The notes below the pieces were generated by a model. It did not search any database and was not told the origin of the DNA. It saw nothing but the letters and a program-made list of their open reading frames with translations. From contig CAWFQB010000001.1 in assembly GCA_963817895.1 (NCBI GenBank), forward strand, positions 640,001 through 704,000: DNA of 64,000 nt. Reading direction: 5' to 3'. The position numbers and the translations under genes are program-made. This DNA is from an uncultured Chthonomonadaceae bacterium (GTDB taxonomy: Bacteria > Armatimonadota > Chthonomonadetes > Chthonomonadales > Chthonomonadaceae). This document shows positions 1 to 11,225 of this stretch, one piece after another (positions within the stretch are counted from its first letter, which is position 1; the number at the start of each line of letters is the position of its first letter).

Positions 1-392
1 CTTACATTGTGTATGCGGAAACTGCTGCCATTCTGCGCCGGAAGACGGAACAACGGGCAAATGAGTTCACAAGAAGATTTCACAGCGTATGCGCGGCGTA
101 TCTTGAAGCAGATATTCTGAACAGCAATCGCTTTACGTTGTTATCCACATTGGACGAGGACGTACTGGCGGTCATTGTGCTGTCGGACGCGCACAACATC
201 AACTCTACGGATGCGGCCATGCTTGCCGCTTATCTGCGTTACGCCGAGTTTGTGTCGGAAGACGAGCCGGTTTGCGTACTTGTCGCTGCTGATAATCGGC
301 TGATCCGCGCCGCCGAAGCGGAAGGCTTGAAAACGCTCAATCCCGAAACGCTTGCCCCGGATGATCTTCCCGCGTTTCTTGCCTCTTTGTGA
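1..392 (+). CDS. PIN-domain (VapC-like) protein, 5' end outside window
   Basis: C-terminal PIN-like motifs 'STDAAMLA' and 'LVAADNRLIRAAEAEGL..LNPE'; frame open from the window edge. Confidence 0.65.
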   Translation, partial: YIVYAETAAILRRKTEQRANEFTRRFHSVCAAYLEADILNSNRFTLLSTLDEDVLAVIVLSDAHNINSTDAAMLAAYLRYAEFVSEDEPVCVLVAADNRLIRAAEAEGLKTLNPETLAPDDLPAFLASL

Positions 393-417
393 TAGAACCA
401 TGTGTCGTACTTTGAGA

Positions 418-1610
418 TTACCGCGCTCCGGCGGCTAGCAAAATGGCGGCAATGCGGGGGCGCGTGGTTTTGCCTTTGGTGGCGTAACCTAAGACGCTTC
501 GACCCCGCTTTGTGACCGCGTTGACATCGGCTCCCTGCGCAATGAGCAGGCGCATCATGGCGATTGCGCCCTGCTGCGTGGCGATCATCAGCGCGGTTTT
601 GCCCAGTTTGTCCGCTGCGTTGACGTTCGCGCCCCGCTTCAGCAGCAGTTCGATAATGGGCTTATGCTTGTGGTTCACGGCACACAGCAGCGCCGTCATG
701 CCCTGCGCGTCGGCGGCGTTAATGTTCGCGCCCCGGTCGAGCAGCAGTTCCACATTCGCCGCTTTGTTCCCTGCCGCCGCGCAACTGAGCGGCGAAAAGT
801 AGTCGCTCCAAAACGGCGAACCGGAGGCATTGACATCGGCTCCCGCGTCCAGCAGCAGGTTCAGCAGGGCCCTATCCCGGCTCATTGCCGCGCCCATGAG
901 AGGCGTGATTCCGTACTCCGCCGCCTCATTCACGTCCACGCCCGCATCCAGAAACATGCGGGCGACTTCCAGATGTCCCGATTTTTGCTCCCCATCGGTA
1001 CACGCCACAAACAAACCTGTGCGGTTGCGGCTGTCGCGATACCGCGCGTCAATGCCGTTTTCCAGCAGCAGCCGCGCAATTTCTACGTTGCCGAACGCTA
1101 CGGTCTGCATTAGAGGGCGTCGCTCCACAGGGAACCGCGCTCTTCCTCCCCGCTTTTTGCCAGCAGCAGGCGAATCAAGACGATGTTTTCGCGCTGCACG
1201 GCCCATTTCGGCAGCCGCGCGTCCATTTGTCCGTTCCACAACACGCTTGCGCCCCGTTCCAGCAATAACTGCGCCACTTCCGTTTGATTGGAAATAACCG
1301 CGTCTACAAGGGGCGTCAGCGTATAATTGGTACGGGCATTAATGTCCGCGCCGCAATCCAGCAAATGCCGAACAATGCCGAGATGCCCTTTTTGAGCGGC
1401 GAGGTGCAGCGCGGTTGATCCCATCTGATCGCGGGCGTCTATGGACACATACGCATGGATGAGCAGCGCCACTTTGTCTTCATCCCCCTCATAAGCCGCG
1501 TCGTGCAGGGGCGTTGCGCTTTCGTTTTCCATTTCCAGCGCGCCCACCCTGCATCTGCCAATCGTCAACACTCCCGCCGGCAGTGGGGTGTCTTCATATT
1601 CCGTCGTCAT
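418..1610 (-). CDS. Ankyrin-repeat protein (one apparent frameshift near 1115)
   Basis: Repeated TPLH/TALH..A...G...V..LL..GA.IN motifs in ORFs 1110-1694 and 418-1239, which join at 'SDAL/PLMQTV'; ATG at 1610. Confidence 0.8.
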
Positions 1611-1625
1611 TGCGCCTGCTCCAGA

Positions 1626-1703
1626 AGAGATACGAGATATAAGATATTGGAGAAATCCAGATGCTGAACACCTAACAACCTGACAACCTAACAACTAACA
1701 ACC
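1626..1703. repeat. Short tandem repeats (AGATACG-like and CTAACAAC-like units)
   Basis: gagatacgagatataagata and ctaacaacctgacaacctaacaactaacaacc between the ankyrin gene and lepA. Confidence 0.6.
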
Positions 1704-1730
1704 TCATTTACCGCAGGAGTTTTCGGCCTG

Positions 1731-1739
1731 TGCTATAAT
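1731..1739 (+). promoter_or_regulatory. Extended -10 element (TGnTATAAT) upstream of lepA
   Basis: tgctataat ~68 nt before the lepA ATG. Confidence 0.5.
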
Positions 1740-1806
1740 GAGAGGAACAAACAATTGCTTTCGCGCCCATTCCGACACTACGTTCCTACCTGAAAATGAG
1801 ATACGC

Positions 1807-3611
1807 ATGAATCAAGACCATATCCGAAATTTTTGTATCATCGCCCACGTGGATCACGGCAAATCCACGCTTGCCGACCGCATGCTGGAAACCACCAATG
1901 CCATCGCCAAGCGCGACATGCAGGCGCAGCTTGCTGGACACGATGGATCTGGAGCGCGAACGCGGCATTACCATTAAAATGACCGCCATTCGCCTGCATT
2001 ATATCGCCAAAGACGGGCAGGAGTACGAGTTCAACCTCATTGATACGCCCGGCCACGTAGACTTTACCTACGAAGTGTCGCGCTCGCCTGGCCGCCTGTG
2101 AGGGCGCGCTGCTGGTCGTGGACGCAGCGCAGGGCGTGGAAGCGCAAACCCTCGCCAACGTCAATCTCGCGTACCAGAGCAATCTGGCGCTGATTCCGGT
2201 CATCAACAAAATTGATCTGCCTGCCGCCGACCCGGAGCGCGTTCGCGAAGAGATCGAAAACGTCCTGGCGCTGGATGCGTCCGATGCGGTGCTGGCAAGC
2301 GCCAAAGCGGGCATCGGCATCGTGGACATTCTGGAGCAGGTTGTCGAGCAAAATCCCGCCGCCTTCGGGCGACCCGGACGCGCCCCTCCGCGCCCTGATC
2401 TTCGACAGCAAGTTCGACCAGTATCTCGGCGTGGTCTCGTTATGTGCGCGTGGTGGACGGCGCATATCAAGTCCGGGCAGAAAATCCGGTTCATGGCGAC
2501 GGGCAAAGAGTTTGAAGTCATCGAAGTCGGCACGTTCGCGCCCGGAACGCCGCGTCGGGCAGATGATCGGCACGGGCGAAGTCGGCTATGTGGCGGCCAG
2601 CATCAAAACCATTGGCGACGCGAACGTGGGCGACACGATTACGGACGCGGCCCGCCCCGCAAAGGAATTGCTTGGCAGCATACCGCAAGGCCAAGCCGAT
2701 GGTGTTTTGCGGCCTGTATCCGATTGACGGCGCGGACTATCCCGAACTGCGCGAAGCCCTGTCCAAATTGCAGATTGAACGACGCCGCCCTGTGTTTCGA
2801 GGCGGAAACGTCAGCGGCGCTGGGCTTCGGCTTTCGCTGCGGCTTTCTCGGCCTGCTGCACATGGACGTGATTCAGGAGCGATTGGAGCGCGAGTTCGAT
2901 TTGTCGCTGATTGCCACCTGCCCCTCCGTTATTTACAAGGTGCATCGCACGGACGGCAAAATCATGGATGTGGACAACCCCGCTTTCATGCCCAACCCGA
3001 CTCTGATTGATTTTACCGAAGAGCCGTTTGTGGACGCAACCGTGATTTTGCCGAAAGATTATGTCGGCACGATCATGGAATTGTGCCGGGATCGCCGGGG
3101 CGAGTTCGTCAGCATGGAATATCCCAGCCCGGAGCGCGTGATGCTGCGCTACAAAATCCCGCTTTCGGAAATCCTGATGGACTTTTTCGACCAGCTCAAA
3201 TCGCGCACTAAAGGCTACGCCAGTTTCGATTACGAACTCAGCGGCTATCGCGACAGCAAACTGGTCAAGATTGATATTCAGATGAACGGCGACCCCGTAG
3301 ACGCGCTTTCGTTCATCACGCACCGCGACAAGGCGTATGAGCGGGCGAAACTGATCGTGGAAAAACTCAAGGAGGTGGTTCCGCGCCAGCAGTACGAGGT
3401 GCGCATTCAGGCGGCGATTGGCGGCAAGATCATCAGCGCGGAAACGGTCAAGGCGTTCCGCAAGAACGTGATTGCCAAGTGCTACGGCGGCGACATCACC
3501 CGCAAGCGCAAACTGCTGGAAAAGCAAAAAGAAGGCAAGAAGCGCATGAAGTCGGTCGGCAGCATCGAAATCCCGCAGGAAGCCTTCCTGTCCGTCCTCA
3601 AACTCGGTTAG
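1807..3611 (+). CDS. lepA: Elongation factor 4 (LepA); several apparent frameshifts
   Basis: [82 protein letters not shown]. Confidence 0.97.
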
Positions 3612-3624
3612 GGAATTTGGGAAC

Positions 3625-3653
3625 CGCGAAAGGCGCGAAAGGACGCGAAAAGG
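3625..3653. repeat. Three tandem CGCGAAAGG-like units
   Basis: cgcgaaagg cgcgaaagga cgcgaaaagg just after the lepA stop. Confidence 0.6.
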
Positions 3654-3665
3654 AGAAATTGAAAG

Positions 3666-3902
3666 ATGCAGCCAGCATTACACTTGAGAACAACTATTCA
3701 ACCGGGCGGAAAAATCGAAATTGCGGATAAGCAACTGCCTTCGGGCGCGAATGTAGACGTGATCGTTCTCCTTCCGCCTGCGCCGTCTCAGGCGCGTCGT
3801 TCCGCTGTGGATATTCTGGCAGAAGCGCCCGGCCAGCGCATTTTCAAAACGGCGGCGGAAGTAGATGCCATACAGGAGGAGCGCGACAGTTGGGATCGCT
3901 GA
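3666..3902 (+). CDS. Small antitoxin-like protein
   Basis: 78 aa; 'TTIQPGGKIEI...VDVIVLLP' N-terminus and 'EERDSWD' end resemble partners of PIN toxins; AGGAG upstream. Confidence 0.55.
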   Translation: MQPALHLRTTIQPGGKIEIADKQLPSGANVDVIVLLPPAPSQARRSAVDILAEAPGQRIFKTAAEVDAIQEERDSWDR

Positions 3903-3963
3903 CCTTGCGAAATTCTTGCCGCATCATAGGTTGCAAAACACATGAAAAGGCAGAGGAAATATC

Positions 3964-4248
3964 ATGACCATTACGCTGGAACCGGAATTGGAACAAAAAA
4001 TTGAGGCTGTTGCAAAAAGCACAGGGCAGGATGTGAACGGCTTTGTCAGTTTCCTGCTCAGGCGTGGACTGGAAGAACAAGAGTCCGCAGCCACAGACAA
4101 GCAGGCGCATGAGGAAAGATTACGGCGTGAGTTTGAAGAAGCAATGTCTGACCCAATGTTCGTGCAGGATATGGAAGAAACGATGGAAGCGTACAAGCAT
4201 ATAGATGCAGAAACGGCGCGAATGTTGGACGAAGAGGAAGCGGCATGA
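3964..4248 (+). CDS. Putative antitoxin (RHH-like N-terminus, acidic tail)
   Basis: 94 aa, 'MTITLEPELEQKIEAVAK', ATGA overlap with the mazF-like gene. Confidence 0.7.
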   Translation: MTITLEPELEQKIEAVAKSTGQDVNGFVSFLLRRGLEEQESAATDKQAHEERLRREFEEAMSDPMFVQDMEETMEAYKHIDAETARMLDEEEAA

Positions 4249-4601
4249 TTAACGCGCCTTATCAGTGGCAAATGGTTCGGGCAGACTTTGACCCGGTACG
4301 CGGTTCTGAACAAGCAGGAACACGGCCTGCCCTGATCGTGTCTCGTGAAGCCATCAACACTTCACTGACGGTTGTAGCCGTTGTGTCGGTAACAACATGG
4401 CGTCCGGGGCGGAGTATACGCTCTACAGAGGTACTGTTGCCTGCCGGACTTGCCGGGCAACCCAACACTTCTGTTGTTATGGCGCAGCAAGTTCGTGTTA
4501 TCGCCAAAGAACGCCTGCTCACGTCCTACGGCTATCTCAACGACGAAGCCCTGCGTGAACAGATACGCGTGGCTCTGAAAACGTACCTTGACCTACTCTG
4601 A
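4245..4601 (+). CDS. mazF: PemK/MazF family toxin
   Basis: ADFDPVRGSEQAGTRPALIVS ... QVRVIAKERL signature. Confidence 0.9.
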   Translation: MINAPYQWQMVRADFDPVRGSEQAGTRPALIVSREAINTSLTVVAVVSVTTWRPGRSIRSTEVLLPAGLAGQPNTSVVMAQQVRVIAKERLLTSYGYLNDEALREQIRVALKTYLDLL

Positions 4602-4745
4602 ACAGCCTGCAACGTTACGACCTAGCGCCACACTGTAAATTTAGAGCATTGGCAGCAACAAGGAAATTTTATTGCGGCTTGCTAGCTCTATGAGTTGTCT
4701 CGTAGCGACTTCAAAGGTTGGCCGTTACGCGCCAATAGCACACTA

Positions 4746-6746
4746 TCATAGATACTGATAGACGTTCCAACCGGTCAATTGCTGCCCCCAAGTATTGATC
4801 AGCATTTTTTGACCCTTGTACTCAACGTACTGACCGTCAACGATGGTCGCGAACTCCAGTGGCTGTTTCTTGACGTAGACACGTTCGCCAACATGGACTT
4901 TCCCGTTCGTAATAAAATCTGAAAGCCGCTGTTTGCCGGGCATTGCATCCTGTGTGGCGTTGCTTCGAGCATGAAGCAATACCATATTATCTGCCTGCTC
5001 AGTCGTATAAGTTTCAATTAACGCGAACATGCGCTCTGAGCGTTCCTGCAAAAAGCGGTTGAAATCAAAATCCCAATCAGCGCTTGTCAGCAGGTCTGCG
5101 GGGATCAAATGCGTACTGAGGCATTGCGCCAAACAATTGTTCGTTTGTTCAAGTTCACTCAGGTAGGCGTGAGGGGCTTTTTTGCTGATTGAAATGTTGG
5201 TCAATTTGGGAATCAGAGTGCGGTTTGCAACGCAATCTACCAGTTGCTCGGCTCTATCGGAATCAATGTCGGCGAAGTTTGCGGCATTCGCGGTGACATA
5301 AGCGCGTGGGTAGATATGGTGATCCTCCAGTCTCATGCTCATGTCCAATTTTTGCGTATTTTTCCAGTCCATCAGCCCTTGTGAGGCAAAGTTTACCATG
5401 TTGAGAATGCCACGATAAACGGAACTTGCCTTACGATTGTAACTGAGTAAATCGTCTGGTTCTGCAATCAGGGAGCGCATCTTCCCAAAATAGCCCAAAA
5501 TGCTAATGCGTTCTCCACGCGCAACTTGACGCAATACGCCGCAATCCGTAATGATGGTTTCGTTTGAGGATGTGCTGTAACGATTGGAGAAGACGGAACT
5601 CCAGTACCAAAACTGAAGAAACTCGCGCTGTGGTTGTGTCATTTGCGCGAAACTCTTCACCTCACGCAGAAACACCATCATGGGAATAATCATATTCTCC
5701 GAAGGCATCCAATCCTGTGAGAGAATGTAGTGTTGTGCGGCAAGGTAGTTCAAGCTATCCACGTAGAGTTTGCAAACAACATCCCAATACGTTTGGAAGT
5801 CGCTGGCGTCCAAATTCGTCAGGATTGCAGACCTGTCAATTTTTGCAGGCGTATTTTTCTCCTGCGCGACAATGTAGGCCAATGCTCGCACAACAATCTC
5901 GCGATTGAGAATGATGTTCTGGTACTGGCTTTCAAACGCATCCATTTTTTGGCGCAAGTTGAAACCATGATACAGTTTTGCGGCCAGAATGTCCGTAAAG
6001 TTGAGGGTGATGCCTTTGCTGTTGCTGCGCTCAAAGAACAGGCAGAACTTGTCCAAACTCATGTCTAGAAGATAGTACGCGACAAGCGACTGCTTATTCA
6101 ACAACAATCGCGCTTTGTGCATTGCCTGCTGGTAAATACGGGAGGCGGTTTGCAATCCCTGCGCATCTCCTTGCAGGCTTTGCGCATAGGCGGAACGGCT
6201 GAAACACTCATCAATCTGATGAGAAATCCAACTTTTTTCCTCTGCTTCGCAAGCATCTGAAAGCTTGACACTTACGTTGGTTTTACTGTCTGTGCCGCCT
6301 ATGCTTTCGAGAATTGTTTCTAAATCAGAAGGCATTGAATTGGGGTCAAGTCCGGGTTTGAGGATAATATAAACATTGTCCAGACCTTTGCAGGCGCGAT
6401 ATATGGACGTTGTACGCTGCTGTCCATCCAGAACAATACGTAAACCTTGTGTCTGCGCCGCTGCTTTGATTTCAGATTCGGTATAGTCCTGAGTTTTTAG
6501 TTTGGCATTTGAACCCATGCCTTTGCGAGGGCGCATATCCAGTTCGCGCAGGGTCATTCCGAATGATGGTTTACCATAGATAACCGTGCCGATGAAAATC
6601 TCGCGTATCAGGGAGTCGAACAAGTCATAAGTTTTCTCGACCTCCCATCGAAAGTCACGCTGAAACTCCGGCAACATTAGCGTCTTCTTCTCAACGCTTT
6701 TAACAATGTCAAGCAAGGATTCGGTTTGGCTCTGGTTGATGTTCAT
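4746..6746 (-). CDS. DUF262 (GmrS/ParB-like) + HNH-like (DUF1524-type) protein, GmrSD-like, with a short extra C-terminal domain
   Basis: LPEFQRDFRW, VLDGQQRTTS, FERSNSKG; EDHHIYPR...NRTLI...TN; intact 666 aa, AT-richer than its flanks. Confidence 0.85.
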   Translation of the reverse strand: MNINQSQTESLLDIVKSVEKKTLMLPEFQRDFRWEVEKTYDLFDSLIREIFIGTVIYGKPSFGMTLRELDMRPRKGMGSNAKLKTQDYTESEIKAAAQTQGLRIVLDGQQRTTSIYRACKGLDNVYIILKPGLDPNSMPSDLETILESIGGTDSKTNVSVKLSDACEAEEKSWISHQIDECFSRSAYAQSLQGDAQGLQTASRIYQQAMHKARLLLNKQSLVAYYLLDMSLDKFCLFFERSNSKGITLNFTDILAAKLYHGFNLRQKMDAFESQYQNIILNREIVVRALAYIVAQEKNTPAKIDRSAILTNLDASDFQTYWDVVCKLYVDSLNYLAAQHYILSQDWMPSENMIIPMMVFLREVKSFAQMTQPQREFLQFWYWSSVFSNRYSTSSNETIITDCGVLRQVARGERISILGYFGKMRSLIAEPDDLLSYNRKASSVYRGILNMVNFASQGLMDWKNTQKLDMSMRLEDHHIYPRAYVTANAANFADIDSDRAEQLVDCVANRTLIPKLTNISISKKAPHAYLSELEQTNNCLAQCLSTHLIPADLLTSADWDFDFNRFLQERSERMFALIETYTTEQADNMVLLHARSNATQDAMPGKQRLSDFITNGKVHVGERVYVKKQPLEFATIVDGQYVEYKGQKMLINTWGQQLTGWNVYQYL

Positions 6747-6971
6747 TATCTACTCGCTTCAGAAGTGGATGTAGCGGTTGCCGGCGCAGGCATAACAGAA
6801 AGATCACAAGGCTACCGTATTTATACTAATGACTGTCCGCCAGATGTGGAATGTCTTGCCCGTTATTATCTACCTGTTTTCAAGCGCGGTAATACTATTC
6901 ACCACAACGACAGCACATCCCTGCGTATAATTCGCTTGTGAGTGGTACTGCAAGAACATTTATGCTATGTG

Positions 6972-7630
6972 CTACGGCATGTTGCGCCAGGTGAGGGTTT
7001 TGCTGTTGAAGGCGAGAGGAGCCATTGCCGGATGTTCCACCTGTTTCCAGCCTGCGCCGAGGATGTTGTCGTAGGCGATCCGCATCTGCCGGGCGGCGAC
7101 GGCAGGGGGCATCGCGCCGACGCCCGTACACAGGCCGGGAACCGCGAGGCTGCGGATGGGTTGTTGGGGAGTGTGCGGCGTTGTGCCGCAAAACGGCGAC
7201 TAGACGCCGCCCGCATTGCCAGATAAGCGTTCAGGCTGTCGGGTAACGGGTTGCGGGACGCGCATCGTCGGGGCGGCAACCACAAACGGGATACGGCTGT
7301 CCGGCATGGGAACCACAAGCGCCATGCCGACCGGCAGTTCGCCCAAAAACTGTTCGCGAATGGCCTGCGTGATCGCGTTCCTGCGCCGCGCCCCGGAAAA
7401 AATCGTCAATGCGCTTGTCCACGCCGCCGCTCATGTCGCCGAAACTGTTGGCGGGCGACACGACCGCATCCTCGCCCGCGTCCATCAAATCGCCCTGCAC
7501 AATTTCAACCGCGTCCACGCCGAAAAACTGATCCAGCCACGCATCCGTCATTTCCGCGGTTGGTGTCGCACAGCGTCAGCCGCAACGCCGCGTCCTTCAC
7601 CCCTTTGCCGAACCCCTGTACCACGTTCAT
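6972..7630 (-). CDS. Macrodomain (Appr-1-p processing-like) protein; apparent frameshifts
   Basis: GDLM...DAVVSPANSFGDMSGGVD, AAPTMRVP, NAYLAMRA and PGLCTGVG spread over three frames; TAG at 6972-6974. Confidence 0.85.
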
Positions 7631-7668
7631 GCGCCTGCGCCTCATCCATCGCGTTAGGGAAACCATGT

Positions 7669-9452
7669 TTACGGCCCCTGCTTGTAAACCCGCACGTAGT
7701 CGACGTACATATCGGCCAGGCCGTCGTAGCGGGACAGATCTACGGGCCAGCCGCCGCCCGTCGCCAGATTGATCATGAAGAACAGCGGCTTCTCTTTGCA
7801 CAGCGGAAGCGTTTCGTGACGGCCCACTTCGATGTTGTCGCAGTAGTAGATCGTGTCGGTCGCGGTGATCTTGCAGCCGTAGGTGTGGAACGTTTCGAAC
7901 CAGGTGGAGGGGATGCCGAATTTGCGCATGTGGGCCGGGTTGCGCATGGCCTCGAACGCTTTGGTTTCGAGCGCTTTGCCCGCCTCGCCCTGATTCCAGC
8001 CGTGGGGCGTAATCATGTAGGTGTCGTCGGCGTTGGGTTCGCGCGGGCCTTCGCCGCCATACGCTTCGATGATGTCCAGTTCATCGACCGGCGTTTTGTC
8101 GCCCAGAGCTTTGTAGTCCGTCATGTAATCGGTCATCAGCCAGAAGGCGGGCCAGGTTCCAATGGCGTTGGGGCCGAGCAGACCGGCACTCGAAGTAGCA
8201 GGGCAGTGCCACCTTGATGCCGCTGCCGTCGTTTTTCAGGGAGGAGATCAGGCCCGCGCTGTGGGTCTTTTCGCTGGCGCGGATACGCAGGTAGTTATCG
8301 ACCTGCGTAAAGGGATTGTTGGGCGAATCGTGTCCGGTAAAGGTCAGCGTACTGAAGTCCTGACTGCCGTTGGGCGGCTTGTGGTCGTAATACGTGGCCT
8401 TTGGGTCGGTCGCTGGAGATGGAGAGCGGGCGCTTGAAATCATCGGCAAAGACCAGCGCCATGCCCTTCGCGGCGGGGGGCGCGGATTTGGGCATTCCCT
8501 CGTTCCAGGAAACGCCGCCTTTGTTGTACAACTGGAGGTAGCAGTTATCGCGCAGGGAGCCGTTGACGCCGGAAATGCGTACCGTGACGGGGCCATGCGG
8601 GTACGCATCTGCGGGAAAGACGAACGAGCCGCCGCCTTTCGCGTCCAGCGCGACAGTTGCGACGGTGGAATCGGAGCCGAAACCACTCCCCTGTTTCCAG
8701 CATTTCACGGTCACGCTTTTGTAGCCCGCAGCGGCAAGCGTGACGCGGGTATCCCCCTTTATACTGGAACAATACGCGGGCGAACTGACGGCAATCTGCC
8801 CGCCCAAAGTCTCGTCCGCGCTTTTGCCGGAATCGGCGCGAATGGCGTCAAAGGCGAGATCGCTTTCGATGGGCAGTTTCGTTTTGTCGTTGGGCTGATA
8901 CACGATCAGCGTGATCCCGGTGATGGGATAGTCTATTTTGCCGTTTTTATCCCCGCCCCATGTTTCATGCGGCGCGTCCAGATCGAACACCGTTTCTTTC
9001 CAGCCCGTGAAATCAATGCTTCCGGCTTTGTACTGGTGGGTTTCGCCATACGCATCCGTTAATTGAATCCCATGCGTACAGCCGGACTTATCTCCCCGCA
9101 GCATGACGCGCAGTTTATGGATCGGCGCATTGATTTTCACTTTGTTGGGGATGCCGAGGTATTGGAACTCGCCCTTGCCGGTGAAGTGGTAATGCAGTTT
9201 CAGGCAATGCTTGCCCTCAAAGGGGTTGTCGGACGAGAGGGCGACCGAGGCGTTCTCGTTGGGAATGTTGACCACCCATACCGTAGGGGCTGCCATCTCC
9301 TTTTCAAAATCCTGCACCATCACGGGCGTTGCTTGCCGCGCCGCAAATCCGCAAAGCGGCAACAGCGATAGCAACAGCAGCAGGGGCGCGCCGGGGAATG
9401 GTTTAAGAGAGGGTATTTTCAGCATAATAGTTTTCATGATAATAGTTTTCAT
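7669..9452 (-). CDS. Secreted carbohydrate-active protein: CBM-like domain + GH16-like catalytic domain; apparent frameshifts
   Basis: Signal peptide; LVFADDF, WPAFWLM, ELDIIE (GH16 ExDxxE-type motif), FHTYG, INLATGGGW, YVDYVRVY. Confidence 0.75.
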
Positions 9453-11083
9453 GCGTGGAACGGTTCTTTCTCGCGGGATGAATCAAACTCCTGCAATGCG
9501 TCCGGGGCTTTCCATACGTCCGCCGCTTTCAGGGCGAGCGTTGGCTCTTCTGAGGGATGCGCTTTGAGCGGGCGCAACGGCAGGTCTTCAGGACTCGCTT
9601 CCACCGTCATGCCGGGAAGAGCGCGGAGCGCGCCGGGACGCGCGAACCGGGTTGCCAGCGCAAACTCCGCGATTTCGGCCAGCACGACGCGCAGGCCCAC
9701 CAGCATCGAGGCGCGTAGTATGCCGCGTATGCGGGCGTCCCCACCGCGAACCAGCCGCATCAATCCGGTCGGGCGCAGGTGAAACAGAGATTCGGTTAGC
9801 TTTACGCTCCAGAACAGCGCGGCGGGCGACAGATGCGGCGTCCGAATCACCTGATTGCGGTACGTCCACAGGGCCATATCGGTTTGTATCACCTGCTGTG
9901 GATCGGTTTTGCGCCCCGCTTCCGTCCAGAAGTGCGGCGTGATATACACGGCGTTGAGAATGTCGGCGTCCAGCAGCCGGAGTTTGCCGAGTTTCACGCG
10001 CACTGTAGTTCGCGTTTCATCCTCAAGCCCGTAGATGATGTTGACCAGGCTGATAATCCGATTGCGGCGCAGCAGCGCGACGGCTTCGCGGGATACGGCA
10101 AAGGGATTGTTTTTGCGGACGGCAGCCACCACAGGGTCTTCCAGCGACTCCACGCCCATCACCACGTAGTCTATGCCCGCCGCCTTCATTTGCGGCAGCA
10201 GGTCCGCGTTGGCGACGACGCCCGCAGCCGTTATATTGACGTTCAGCGACAGACCAAGATCGGCCTCGATCAACAGCGTCAGCAGTTCTTTCAGCGCGTC
10301 GCGATCTCCGCCAAAATTTTCATCGGCGAACCAGACGATTTTGACGCCATACTGCCGCGCCAGAACCGTCAACTCCCGCGCCACGTTGCCGGGGCTGCGA
10401 TGCCGCCAGCGTTTCCAGAAAAGCCATTGCCCGCAATACGTGCAGGTAAGCGGGCAGCCCCTGCTGAACTGCATACCCGCCGACCGCCCGACCCCGAACA
10501 GGTGGTAGCGCGGCCAGTCCACCAACTCCCAGCCGGGGCGGTAATCGTCCAGATTTTGCAGGGCGGGACGAGTCCGGTTGAGGATAACGCGCTCTTCTCT
10601 TCGCCAGGCCAGACCGGGAATTTCGGCAAGGGAGGAATCCTGTTCCCATGCGGCTGCTAATTCCAACACGGTTTGCTCGGCCTCGCCCCGAACAATCACA
10701 TCAAGAGCGGGACATTCGCGCAGGCTGCTTTCGGCTGCATAAGAGGGGTATACGCCCCCGTAGGCGATACGCGCGCGGGGAAAGGCGGCGCGCAGGGCGG
10801 TCGCGGTGGCAAGGCAAACGGCGTGCGCGGCGGTCGAGCCGGTATGTCCGAGCAGGATGCAGTCGGGGCGAAAGGTTGTTATCTCCGCAACCAGTCGGCG
10901 CGTGTTCCAGCCGTAAAGATCGTTGTCAATCAGGCGTACGCAATGCCCCGCGTCCACCAGCGGGCCGCCGAGAAAAACAAGTCCCAGAGGAATCTGGTAG
11001 CCCAACCCGTAGCGATTGGCGATGAACCGCCGCGCCGGTGTCAGCAAGACAACGCGCATTTCCCGTATCCTCTCCTGCCGCAA
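9449..11083 (-). CDS. B12-binding radical SAM protein (BchE/P-methylase-like family)
   Basis: N-terminal cobalamin-binding-like domain (PLGL, GGVYPS, VRGEAE); SRGCPLTCTYC CxxxCxxC; FADENF; GVES. Start may be 11059. Confidence 0.85.
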   Translation of the reverse strand: MRQERIREMRVVLLTPARRFIANRYGLGYQIPLGLVFLGGPLVDAGHCVRLIDNDLYGWNTRRLVAEITTFRPDCILLGHTGSTAAHAVCLATATALRAAFPRARIAYGGVYPSYAAESSLRECPALDVIVRGEAEQTVLELAAAWEQDSSLAEIPGLAWRREERVILNRTRPALQNLDDYRPGWELVDWPRYHLFGVGRSAGMQFSRGCPLTCTYCGQWLFWKRWRHRSPGNVARELTVLARQYGVKIVWFADENFGGDRDALKELLTLLIEADLGLSLNVNITAAGVVANADLLPQMKAAGIDYVVMGVESLEDPVVAAVRKNNPFAVSREAVALLRRNRIISLVNIIYGLEDETRTTVRVKLGKLRLLDADILNAVYITPHFWTEAGRKTDPQQVIQTDMALWTYRNQVIRTPHLSPAALFWSVKLTESLFHLRPTGLMRLVRGGDARIRGILRASMLVGLRVVLAEIAEFALATRFARPGALRALPGMTVEASPEDLPLRPLKAHPSEEPTLALKAADVWKAPDALQEFDSSREKEPFHA

Positions 11084-11225
11084 TGCGCCCCGATGGTAAA
11101 CCGTTCTGCTTCAACGTTTTAATATGGTATTAGTTTATCACAATCGCGCCGAAAGGCAGTACAATCCTGACCGGATGGCGAATATACTTCCTGACCGTCT
11201 CACCAAACATAAAGGAAACAGCAAC

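Noticed and set aside
9449..11083. bchE implying bacteriochlorophyll synthesis
   Set aside because: BchE-like B12 radical SAM proteins are widespread and no other bch/puf genes are present
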